Assembly (NCBI RefSeq): GCF_006345805.1
Contig: NC_043007.1
Location: forward strand, 40,796,001 to 40,860,000
Length of the DNA: 64,000 nucleotides
Direction: 5' to 3'
Origin: Octopus sinensis
Lineage: Eukaryota
Shown here one piece after another: positions 39,985 to 51,699 of this stretch. Both the position numbers and the translations under genes were made by a program. Positions within the stretch are counted from its first letter, which is position 1. Each line of letters starts with the position of its first letter. Under the pieces are notes generated by a model that saw nothing but the letters and a program-made list of their open reading frames with translations, made no database searches and was not told the DNA's origin.

Positions 39985-40065
39985 ATTAATATTCAGGTCA
40001 CTGCCTGGAATCGAACTTGGAATCTTGGGGTTAGTAGCCCGCGCTCTTAACCACTACGCCATGTG
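39739..40065 (-). mobile_element. SINE-like element: tRNA-like head, (TAA/CAA)n, Penelope-like tail with hammerhead, (GTAAATAAT)n end
   Basis: A-box-like tggcgtagtggttaag and B-box-like gttcgattcc; hammerhead at 39804-39849; an inverted second head at 40069-40140. Confidence 0.7.
39804..39849 (-). ncRNA. Minimal type I hammerhead ribozyme with palindromic stem III (predicted)
   Basis: GACAC CUGAUGA A GGCUG(GUGGGUAUAA)CAGCC GAAAC GUU GUGUU. Confidence 0.7.
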
Positions 40066-40144
40066 CCCGTGGGCGTAGTGGTTAAGAGCGCGGGCTACTA
40101 ACCCCAAGTTTCCGAGTTCGATTCCAAGCAGTGACCTGAAAACC

Positions 40145-40180
<36 letters not shown>

Positions 40181-40182
<2 letters not shown>

Positions 40183-43100
40183 GCAATATCACTGAGCTAA
40201 ATGACTTAGTGCAGCCACTGCAGCCACAAAAGAAGCTGGATACGCACTCAAACCCATCCAAACAGGAGTACCACCACCCAAACAAACCCTGTGGATAAAT
40301 AACATCCAAAACAAAATACAAAAAATGAGAAAAGATCTGTCGATTCTTAATGAAATCAGTAGACAATCAACGCTACTGAGCAACAAAAAGAAAACAAAAA
40401 TACTCCGCAAATATAACATCACAGAGAAAGATTTACCTGAGATAAAAGAAAAGCTGAAGCAAGATATACTTGCCAAAGCACAAAGGATCCGCCGGTACGA
40501 GAAACGCCAGCGCTTCTTTGAACAAAACAAAAAGTTCAACTCCAACCCCAAAAAGTTCTACCAAGAACTTGGCAAAAATAGAATAGAAATCACTGCAGCA
40601 CCAACGGCAGAAGAAGTGGAAAAAGTCTGGTGAGAAATATGGTCGGCGAACGAACAACCAAAAAAAGGAGTATTAAAACAACAAACTCAGCATCTGAGCA
40701 ACTTTGGAACCCCATAACAACTGAAGAGGTCACTTACAGAGACTAAGCAACTGGAAGGCACCTGGGCATGACAAGATCTCCAACTTCTGGTTGAAATATC
40801 TAACAGGAATGCACAAAAAGCTGGCTGAAAACTTAAACAACATACTAGCAGAGCCAGAGACAATGCCTGAATGGCTCACGAAGTCATTTAGCTCAGTGAT
40901 ATTGCTTAATTCCCAAATCAAATGAGACAGCAAAACCAGAAAACTACAGACCAATAATCTGTCTCCCTACAATGTACAAGGCATTTACTGCAGTGATATC
41001 GCAAAGGTTGACCAATCACCTGGACGAAAACAACCTGTTTCCAGAAGAGCAGAAAGGATGGCGCAAATGCTCATATGGCTGTAAAGATCAACTAATGATT
41101 AATAAAGCCATAACTGAAGACAGCCACAGAACGAAGAAAGGCCTCAGTATGGCTTGGATCGACTACAAAAAGGCGTTTGATAGCATCCCCCACACATGGA
41201 TCCTTGAAACACTAGCCATTAACAAAGTAGCACCAACAATTATAAAATTCATAGGGCACTCTATGAATAAATGGCAAACAGTGCTACAGCTCCAAACAAA
41301 AGAGGGACTCATGAAAACCAAAGACATCCCCATTAGAAGAGGAATATTCCAGGAAGACACGCTCTCTCCACTCCTTTTCTGCTTGGCACTGTCACCTCTA
41401 TCTGATATGCTAAATAGAACTGGATGCGGATATAAATGTTACGGCAAAACGATCAGCCTTTTATATATGGATGACCTAAAACTATACGCTGCAAAAGACA
41501 AACAGCTGGAAACACTATTAAAGACAGTTCATGAATTTACCAAAGAAATAGATATGAAATTTGGATTAGAAAAATGCGCCAAAGTAACCATGAAAAGAGA
41601 AAAACTAGTTAAGAGTAGCAACATCACACTAGATAAAACCAATTAAATAAAAGAATTAGACCAAAGCCAAACTTACAAATACTTAGGAATCCATGAACTA
41701 GATAAGACACAACACACACAAATGAAAGAGAAAATAAAAAAAGAATATTATAAACGAGTTAGATCAATACTAAAAACAGAGCTCAATGCTAAAAACAAGA
41801 TAATAGGTATTAACACTTTAGCTGTCCCAGTTATAAGTTACAGCTACAATATCCTTAACTGGACACTAAATGAACTGACCAAAATAGATAGGAAAACAAG
41901 AAAAATACTGACAGGATCTAGGATGCATCACCCAAAATCTGACATAGAAAGACTATATATACAACGTATAGAAGGTGGTAGAGGCCTTATACAGTTGGAA
42001 AACTACTATAAAATCACCATAGGACTGCAAAAATATCTACTTCAGAAGGAAGGAAAACTTATACAAATAGCGGCAAAACACGAGCAAAACAAAAAACTGT
42101 TCTCAGTATTTAAGGAAGCTGACAAATACAAACAAGAAATCATACCACCTAATAAATATGAAGAAGAAGAAGAAGAAGAAGAAGAAGAAGAAGAAGAAGA
42201 AGAAGAAGAAGAAGAAGAAGAAGAAGAAGAAGAAGAAGAAGAAGAAGAAGAAGAAGAAGAAGAAGAAGAAGAAGAAGAAACAACAAAAGCTATAAAACAA
42301 ATGAAATATAAACTAAAAATAGAACAGCAACGAACCCCTTCATGGTAAATACTGGACTAAACTAAACGCAAAAGAAATAGACAAAGAAAAATCCCAGCAA
42401 TGGTTGAGAAGCTCAGGACTCAAAGCAGAGACAGAGGGATTTTTAATTGCAGCACAAGACCAAAGCCCCCCCACCAGAAATTACCAAAAACATATAGTGA
42501 AAAGAAATATAACAAGTAACTGCAGAATATGTGGAGATGGACAAGAAACAATAAATCATATTATCTCTGGCTGCCCAGTCATGGCTAAGAAGGAATATAT
42601 TCACTGACATGACAGAGTTGGAACCTACATACACTGGAAGCTATGCCAACACTATGGAATAACAAAAGAAAAAAGATGGTATAGGCACACACCAGAAAAG
42701 GTCACAGAAAACGAGAAAGCAACCATACTCTGGGATATGCCGATACACACATATAGAGAAATTAAGGCCAACAGACCAGATATAGTTGTCAGAGATCATG
42801 AAGAAAAAAAAGGCTTTCTAATTGATGTATCAATACCGGCAGATGACAACGTGTCTCTAAAAGAAATGGAGAAACTTTCAAAATACAAAGATCTGGAAAT
42901 AGAGGTAACCAGAATGTGGAATCTAAAAACAGAAACAATTCCTATCATAGTAGGTGCATTAGGCATGATAAAAAAATATTCAGACAAATACATATCAAAA
43001 ACACCAGGACTTACAAAGACATATAACATACAGAAAATTGCACTACTAGGCACTGCACACATCCTACGCAGAACACTTTCCATACAATAACCATCAGAGC

Positions 43101-43190
43101 ATCACAACATATCACAGCACATACCCAAGGCACACAGAGCTGCGCTCGGTAGTGAAGTGAAAGCACGCTATAAAAATAAAACTACTGAAT
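40181..43190 (+). mobile_element. R4/Dong-like RLE LINE, copy 3, 5'-truncated, in intron 1 of gene B
   Basis: QKGWRKCSYGCKDQL, WIDYKKAFDSIPH, GIFQEDTLSPLLF, LYMDDLKL, CRICGDGQETINHIISGC, RPDIVV...LIDVSIP...KLSKYKDLE...LLGTAHILRRTLSIQ*. (TAA)n on both sides. Confidence 0.92.
42160..42279 (+). repeat. (GAA)n expansion inside the R4 ORF (polyE)
   Basis: Direct reading; in frame within ORF 41722-42348. Confidence 0.95.
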
Positions 43191-43488
43191 AATAATAAAC
43201 TTTTGAATAATGATAACTCTGTAAATCGTAAAATTTCGTCTTCTTTCGACACATTATAACATTATAGTTTTAAAATACGGACAGACTGAATTTGCAATTT
43301 GTTTCTGTTTATTATTTCAAAATAATTTTCAGACAAAAGTGTTCGTAATTTAAGGGAGATTTAGCTGTTGTTTTCAGCACATCCCACGAGCACTAGGTCA
43401 CTTCCTCCTTTCTTTGTCACTCAGGTATGTACTGATGTTTTCCACTATTTTTATACGTATAAAACCTCACACAAACATCAAGCGAATT

Positions 43489-43573
<85 letters not shown>

Positions 43574-43701
43574 GTGTGTACGTGGTAGCTGTGATAAGAT
43601 GAAAGCAAACATTAGAAGATGAGGTTTTAAACAAAATGAAAACAATGCTTGAGTGTTACTACACTTACACTAAGAAGAGAGAGAGATACACACAGAGAGA
43701 T

Positions 43702-43774
<73 letters not shown>

Positions 43775-44045
43775 AAGACAGACAGAGACAGAGAATGGCA
43801 AATGTGTGGTAAAGATATATATAGAGTGAGAAGGATACACTGATAGTGACAGGTAGAGAAGTGAAGAATTATCAATCTAAAAGTTATTTCACGTAGGAAA
43901 TTGTTTTTTATCATTTGCGTGTGTGTGTGTGTTATATCATTTATCTTGCATACATGGGATTTTTCTATTATTGCTTCACTGGTCGCAATCATTTGATGGC
44001 AGCCTTGCTGGGGGGACTATCTTCAGATTATATTGGCTCCAATAT

Positions 44046-44272
44046 AGGCGAGCTGGCAGAAACGTTAGCATGCCGGGCGAAATGCGTAGCCGTATTTCGT
44101 CTGGCGTTACGTTCTGAGTTCAAATTCCGCCGAGGTCGACTTTGCCTTTCATCCTTTCGGGGTCGATAGATTAAGTACCAGTTACGCGCTGGGGTCGATG
44201 TAATCGACTTGATCCGTTTGTCTGTCCTTGTTTGTCCCCTCTGTGTTTAGCCCCTTGTGGGTAGTAAAGAAT
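44046..44272 (+). mobile_element. tRNA-derived SINE family B, well preserved copy
   Basis: ggcgagctggcagaaacgttagc...gagttcaaattccgccgaggtcgactttgcc...gtagtaaagaa. Confidence 0.88.
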
Positions 44273-44296
44273 AATATATTGGCTCCAATATTTAGT

Positions 44297-44370
<74 letters not shown>

Positions 44371-44394
44371 TTTGTACATACATACATATATATC

Positions 44395-46780
44395 AAAAGC
44401 TACGTAAGAGACGATATAGATATGCTCAACCACCTCCCTAAAACAGTCAATGAGAAAACCCTTCTAGTATCATTCGACGTAGTTAATCTTTATTCTAACA
44501 TCCCTCACAACCTAGGAATAGAAGCGATCACCTTCTGGCTGAATAACTACCCCTTTGAACTCCCAACTCGCATAAACAAAGACCTTATAATAGAAGGACT
44601 TAGATTCATTTTAGAGAACAATTATTTTATTTTTGACAATGATTTCTACAGGCAAAGATCGGGAACAGCGATGGGCACGCGTACTGCACCATCTTTTGCC
44701 AACCTAGTGATGGAATACCTCGAGAAAATACTATACCGGATGACACTCGAGAAATATGGAAACACCTTCGCCACCTATATCCATAACAACTGGAAAAGAT
44801 ACCTCGATGACTGTTTCATCATCTGGGACAAAAGTATAGAGAAACTTGAGGAATTTAAAATACTATTAAATGGAATAAATAACAATATACAATTCACGAT
44901 GGACCACAACGAAAAAGAATTACCATTTTTAGACATCCTCATTAAGAAAACCGGCAACAAAATAGAGACAGATATCTACTATAAACCGACAGACTCTAAA
45001 CAGTAACTACCCTTTGATTCATGCCACCCACGACACACTAGAATGAATGTCCCTTTTTGTTTAGCTAGAAGGATTTGCACCATAATATCAGACACAAACA
45101 CCCGACACACACGTCTCCAGGAACTTAGAACCACACTTACAAATAGAAACTATCCATAGCCCCTAATAGACAGTGCAATCCAACGGGTACTTAAATTAAG
45201 TATAGAAGACCTGAGACAAACAAAATCAAAAAAGAAAGAACAATTAAAAACCCTTCCCTACATCTCTACACACAACCCACTCAACAATGAGGCCTTCAAC
45301 ACCATACTACAAAGCACAGCCCTACTAAAGGGAGACCCAAAGATGAACCGGATCCTCGAAACACACACCATCATTAAAAGTAAACGGCAACCAAAATCCT
45401 TGAAAAGGATTTTAACCCAAGCTACACTGCACTCAACATCAACCACAAAACCAGCAGTTAGAAAATGTGGAAGGCCCAACTGCGGAATCTGTGTCATCTT
45501 GAAAGAAGGATCAGAATTTATACTGGAACAAGGCCACCAGTTCACCATTAGAACAAACTTCACCTGCGCATCAGAAAACTTAATTTACGTCATAACATGC
45601 GCAGGCTGCAATAGGCAGTATATAGGCCATACAAAAAATAGCTTACGTAACAGGATGGCGGTGCATAAATCACAAATTAGAAACCCTGATTACCGCAAAA
45701 TACCGGTCAGCGGACACATAGATAGATGTGCTGGAAATGTAAATCCGAAATTTACAACTAACCCGCTCTATAAATTCAGTGACAACGCAACCTTCACACA
45801 ACGCCAAAATAAAGAACTATATTTCATAAAAAAATTTAGACCAAGTTTAAACACCCTGGGCCAGGAATACTAAAACAAAAGATAAGTCCTCCGAAAAGGA
45901 GAAGCAAAATTCCACCACGGCCGCTACTTCAAACAGACACTCACTCTGACGGAAATATGCCTTAGTAAAAAAGGGAAAAAAATTATTTCGTGCAAATCTG
46001 ACCCTGATACATATGATACAGCTAAGGGTCAGACCCGATTCTGATTAGTCAACAAGTTGATGACGTCTAGCTCTGCTAGAATGGACAGGATACAAACAGG
46101 GGACAGTCATTAGTCAGAATATTGATGACGTTCTTTTCTGCTTGACTAGTCACCTAACAAGTACAGACAGGGGGCAGATCTAATGTAGCTATAAGTCGTG
46201 ATTGGGCAGAATCTGGATGACGTCCCGTTCTGCTTGACTAACGAAGCGACTGGTCAAAACAGAAACAAACAAGAGGCAGTTATAATGCAGCGATTGGTCA
46301 AAATAATGATGACGTCCCGTTCTACTTGACTAACGAAGCGACTGGTCAAAACAGGAAACAAACAAGAGGCAGTTATAATGCAGCGATTGGTCAAAATAAT
46401 GATGACGTCCCGTTCTACTTGACTAAAGCCACCTAACGAAACGATTGGTCAAAACGTTGATGACGTCACGCTACGCTGGATTGACCACCTAACAGGCATT
46501 ATAAAACCGAGCACTTCACAAAAATTTACTAGAACCACCCAGCGAACATCCACCATGGGTCATCACAATTGCTTAAGGTAAAAATGAATTCCTCGCTCTT
46601 TCGGAAACATCAATCTTCTGTATTGACCGCTTTCCACCACTTTGATCTGTTTTTTGTATTGAATACATATCGCCACCGTGGGCCACTGCATCGAACACTT
46701 TGAACATATACTTCAAACTATATATCAACTATACATGAACTATATATCAACTATACATGAACTCTAAGATGTCTGACTCC
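44395..46780 (+). mobile_element. Penelope-like element (RT plus GIY-YIG with Cys-rich linker, Neptune-like), 5'-truncated, with long 3' non-coding region
   Basis: LVSFDVVNLY, GTAMGTRTAPSFANL, WKRYLDDCF, LPFLDI, DIYYKPTD; CGRPNCGIC...NLIYVITCAGCNRQYIGHT...LRNRMAVH. Stops at about 45004 and 45157. Confidence 0.9.
46040..46510 (+). promoter_or_regulatory. Repeated CRE-like and CCAAT-box motifs followed by a TATA-like box in the Penelope 3' region
   Basis: TGACGT at 46061, 46125, 46218, 46310, 46403 and 46461 (perfect TGACGTCA); gattggtc at about 46292, 46385 and 46443; tataaaa at 46500-46506; 92-93-bp tandem unit. Confidence 0.5.
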
Positions 46781-47063
46781 GTTGTGTATTATAAATGAAT
46801 TTCTTGTGTTTGACGGCATGAGCTGTCTTTTTTTATATATAACTTTTTTTGATAAGGTTCATTTCAGGAACTGAAACATGTTATAATGTATATATAAAAA
46901 TTAAAAATTGTATAATACAGCAGCATTTTCGAACTCCATTTTTTACAAATATATATATATATAATATATATATATAATATATATATATATATATGAAAAT
47001 TGACAGAATGAGATAAAAAAATCCAATGGTGTAAATAGCTTTCAGAACATTTATAAAGAAATG

Positions 47064-47111
47064 GTCTTACAGCTATTTCCGGGATATTTTATATATCCCT
47101 TCATCAGAGAC
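47064..47111 (-). ncRNA. Penelope-type hammerhead ribozyme (slightly degenerate)
   Basis: GUCU CUGAUGA A GGGAUAU(AUAAA)AUAUCCC G GAAA UAGCUG UA AGAC. Confidence 0.55.
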
Positions 47112-47979
47112 AGTGCAAGAAAATGTTTGAGTATTAATTATTGTAGAGAAGATATGAAATACAGAGGGAAATAAGAGAATGGAAATAGCAGTGAAACACA
47201 TAAAGATATTGTATTTGCAGTTCAATTATTCAAGTAGAATGGTGTATATAAGTTGTGAGGAATTTCCTGTACCTTGTGCGTGAGTTCCATTGGTAGTTAT
47301 ATTTGGTCATTTAAAGCATAGTTTAAAGCAGTGTTGTTCCATCGAAGGGTTTTTTTAGCGTGAATTAAAATTTGGGGATGTGTTTGTAATATCAATGAAT
47401 AGATGGCGGGAGGAGAGATGTATATGAGGAGATAGGTCAAATCAAAAACTGGAAGAGAATGGGAGGAAAAAGAAAAAAGAAAAAGGTGGGAGACAAAAAA
47501 GATATGAAGAAAGAGGTAACGAAATGAAATAAGAGAGACAAGAGAAAGACAAGAGATGAAAAGGTAAAGAGTAAAAGAGTGTGAGGTATGTGAACAGGGG
47601 TGGTGTGATAGAGCTGCATTAAGGGATAGGTATAGAAAAGGTAGAGAGAAGGTAAAGGTAAGGTGATGTGTAAGCGGGTATTAGTTTTGGTAGTAAAAAT
47701 TGAAGTGGAAAGAAGAATATAAAGAATGAAGAATATAGGTCAAGCTGCTATAAATAGACATGTGTGATAGGTTAGTGGGAAGTAGGAAAAGAAAAAATAA
47801 TGTATATTTCTTAATATGTATACATACATACACACCCACACATATATATATAGACATAAACATACTTTAACACATACATACGCATACATATTCATATGTA
47901 CCCGTTTGCATGCAAAAATATCAAAAAACTGCTACACAGAGCTTTACGATCGTCGGACAGTTTTGTTTAGAATATACAT

Positions 47980-48150
47980 ATATATACGACGGGCTTCTTC
48001 CAGTTTCCGTCTACGAAATCCACTCACAAGGCGTTGGTCGGCCCGAGGGTATAGTAGAAGACACCTGCCAAAGATGCCACGCAGAGGGACTGAACCCGGA
48101 ACCATGTAGTTGAGACGCAAGCTTCTTACCACACAGCCACGCCTGCGCCT
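47980..48150 (-). mobile_element. SINE family A head fragment
   Basis: Reverse complement of ggcgcaggcgtggctgtgtggtaagaagc...gggttcagtccc...gaagcccgtcg. Confidence 0.8.
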
Positions 48151-48214
48151 AATCTGTATAAGTGTATATGTATGGATGCGACAATATATTTATATATTGG
48201 TCTCAATAGAGGGA

Positions 48215-48480
48215 ATTCCGTATCCTGCTCCAGGCACATTTTGGTCATTACTTCATGCCTCATGAAAAGATAGCATTTGGAAGATACTCTATTGCAGTTG
48301 GCAATAATGTGGCTGATGTCTTCAGTTTTGGCGTTGCAGAGCCTACATTTGCTGTCTATCAATGTTTTTTGCCTTTTATGCTATCAGCACTCGGTGGGGA
48401 TCCCTTGTTCTTGAATTGCTTGGAAGTAATCTTAAATTTGTCGGTACTCGATGCCAAGCTTTTTATATGTTATATTTGTA
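48215..48480 (-). mobile_element. RLE LINE fragment (CCHC region)
   Basis: IDSKCRLCNAKTEDISHIIANC...MRHEV. Confidence 0.7.
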
Positions 48481-48969
48481 TCTACTATAAATGTATGTGT
48501 GTGTATGTGTTCCATAAGCTTTTGACATGGTATATATAATGTGTGTGTGTGTACGCGCGCTTGTGTATGTGTGTGTATTCCATAGCCTTAGGTCAACCAA
48601 TGTGAAGAAATTTGGGTTGGGTAGGCGAAGACTGTATCGACACCCACCAAATATATTCAAAGTCTAACTTTGTTCTACATTATAGCATTGTCTCATACAG
48701 GACATTTCTGAGAATTATCTTAGCGGTTCACATGTCTGAGGAATACTCGGTCATTCTTAGCTTAATTCAGAAGCAGGTAATTCCTTCGATCGAGCACATT
48801 AATATACATCCTCGAAACCAACGGAGAATTATGTATGCAAGTACATACATACATACATACATACATGCATACATACATACATACATACATACATACATAC
48901 ATACATACATACATACATACATACATACATACAACATACATACATACATACATACATACATACATACGT

Positions 48970-50470
48970 GTCACTAAAGAATATTATAGCCGAATAAAGT
49001 AAATTTGGACCTCAGAACTCTGCAATCAATAGAACAGTGGCCCACAATGTGTTTGAAGTACCAGTACTCATAGCAACATTTGGGCTGCTTGATTGGACGC
49101 TTGATGAGATCTGTGCTATTGATGTGAAAACCTGAAAATACTAACAAGCACACATAATTTCCACATAAACAATGACGTAGACCGCCTCTACCTAAAACGA
49201 AAATATGGCAGCAGAGGCTTAACATCGATACAAAATGCCTTTGAACGTCGTATCATATCCCTTCTGTAACATCTTTTAACCACCAAGCGTCGAAGTGCAT
49301 CAATTGACCAAGTTTGCATACATGAGCTGATAACATTATAAGACTTGGAAGGCAGCTCCTTGAGCAACACTTTTTGTCTGATATCCTAGGGTGCATGCCC
49401 TACGAAATCGCACGACTATACCGCAACATATCATCAGATGAAAGGATGAGCAGAAGACTATGCATGGATATGTTAGTAGAAAGCTCCGTGATGATAGTAA
49501 CATCGATCTTCAAAGCAGTTTATCATGAACGAATAGCCGGATTATTACCTTCCACTCTGAAGGGTATGCGTTTGCAATTCAGGAACGGGAAATATCAACC
49601 AAGGACCTGGTGCACAAAAGGGATAGAGATGCGGGAAAAGCCGTAAAATGTAACAACCGATGCAGACTTTGTAGAGTTCACACTGAAAATATCACCCACG
49701 TCATAAGCAGTTGTCCGAAAATGTCATCACGGTATTATCTACCCATAAGACATGACATTGTAGCAAGAACATTCTATAATGAAATCAGTCGGAAGGATAA
49801 TCCGGAGGACAACGATATAAGAACCTACAATATCGTAGAAGACTTAGTCATTCAAAATGAAAAGGAATACTGTTGGAATATACCAGTGAAGACCTCTGTT
49901 GTGTAGACGCCCCCAGGCGATGAAGTAGACTAGCCTAATACGTAAATATAGAGAGAGAAGTCTAGCAGTCGTAGACTAGAGCACAGCTGAGTAGACTAGA
50001 ACAGAGTAGAGGTGGAGTAGCAGAGGCAGCCGAACGAGCGACATAACAACCTCAATAAAATGTAAGCACAACAAACCTGATATAATGATTTGGGATAGAG
50101 GAGAGAAACTGCACAGTTGTGGAAATTAGCTGCCCAGCGGATGTTAACATAAAGCTGAAGATCAGTGAAAAAAGAACACCTATGCGGAACTATTGAGAAA
50201 TGTACAGTTACTCTATCCAGATTACAAGTTCAGGTTTATACCTGTAATTATTGGAGCCCTGGGATATATAACACACTGCCTAAATACTAACCTTGAGAAA
50301 TTAGGCTTCTTATAACCAGAAAGGAGAAAGCTAATTCGAAGGTTACAGATCCAATCCATCACTGGAACTGTAAAACTCTGTAAAACTTTCCAGAATTTTA
50401 TCATTTAAATATATATGAGCATGTCTAGATATGTAACTCTATGCATTAGAATACATACATAAATCATACA
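48970..50470 (+). mobile_element. RLE LINE (R4/NeSL-like) 3' half flanked by (CATA)n on both sides
   Basis: DVDRLYLKR, CRLCRVHTENITHVISSC...RHDIVAR; KCKHNKPDIMIWDR after removing the LTR insert; QIQSITGTVKLCKTFQ. Confidence 0.8.
49897..50048. mobile_element. 152-bp solo-LTR-like insertion with 5-bp TSD (ACCTC)
   Basis: acctc|tgttgtgt...acataaca|acctc; TG...CA ends with 7/8 inverted match. Excision restores KTSIKCKHNKPD. Confidence 0.75.
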
Positions 50471-50948
50471 AATCTGCACATACATACATACGCACGGACA
50501 GACAGACAGACATTCATACATACATACATACATACATACATACATACATACATACATACATACATACATACATGCAAACACAAATTCCCTGTTGTTGATG
50601 TTGAAATTCCAATGAAGGAACCTAGGATCTAGGTTAGAAACTGGTTCTTTTGCTATTGACAAGAAATCTTGAAATAAACTGAATAATAACATACATACAT
50701 ACATACATACATACATACATACTACATACATACATACATACATACATACATACATACATACATACATACATGCAAACACAAATTCCCTGTTGTTGATGTT
50801 GAAATTCCAATGAAGGAACCTAGGATCTAGGTTAGAAACTGGTTCTTTTGCTATTGACAAGAAATCTTGAAATAAACTGAATAATAACATACATACATAC
50901 ATACATACATACATACATACATACATACATACATACAAACGTGCATAC

Positions 50949-51001
<53 letters not shown>

Positions 51002-51006
51002 TTTAC

Positions 51007-51078
<72 letters not shown>

Positions 51079-51125
51079 CTAATATATAAAATTCTTTCAA
51101 CTTTTTTCTCGATCCTACTTTGCAG

Positions 51126-51334
51126 CACTCACTCCGGAATACAGATGCAACAATCTGACAGACTTTCAGCTCAATCAATACAACATTTCGATCAATGAAG
51201 TCAGTCTCATATATGATAAATGCTCCATACATATCCTGAATATCGATGGAAGGGATACTACCGAGAATCGAACTCTAGACTGCCTGAATGGTTATTACTA
51301 TAACACACCAGTTGATAAGTCTATAGTGTCACAG
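51126..51334 (+). CDS. SLC22 gene B exon 2 (large extracellular loop)
   Basis: tgcag|ca acceptor and cag|gtagg donor. Encodes (A)LTPEYRCNN...DKCSI...DCLNGYYYNTPVDKSIVSQ with conserved loop cysteines; phase 1 to 0. Confidence 0.88.
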
Positions 51335-51699
51335 GTAGGTTGAGTTCTGTTACTGTATCAAACTACTGTTTAGCAGGTTCGTCTCCGTTTTATTAAGCTC
51401 TGTTTTGTTTGTTGGAAAGTCTTAGACATCATAACTTTCTAGAACTTAACATTAACGCAAGATCTAAAATCATAAAATTTAGTACCTCTCCGTATGGTAA
51501 TGAATCAATAATTCAGTTATTGGTTATTAAATGAACAGATGGATAAATTTATGGATTGATTTATAACATTTATTTTCTAAAGATTACATAGATTTGTTCT
51601 TATGAGTGTTTTTTATTGATTTTCCACGCATTTGTATCGTTTTATTTACAGTTATTTTCAATGCAATTTTATGCGTTAAAAAAATAATAGTAGACAACA

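Noticed and set aside
40069-40140. Possible tRNA gene (anticodon ACT)
   Set aside because: Acceptor, anticodon and T stems have several mismatches. It is a SINE head, not a functional tRNA.
46213-46470. Regularly spaced repeats resembling a CRISPR array
   Set aside because: Eukaryotic locus; whole units are tandemly repeated with no unique spacers and no cas genes.
47930-47965. Hammerhead-like motif on the minus strand
   Set aside because: Core eroded (CCGACGA, no GAAA); at most a dead remnant.
50405-51232. 275-aa minus-strand ORF
   Set aside because: Composed of CATA/GATA/TA microsatellites and a duplicated segment, and antisense to real exon 2.
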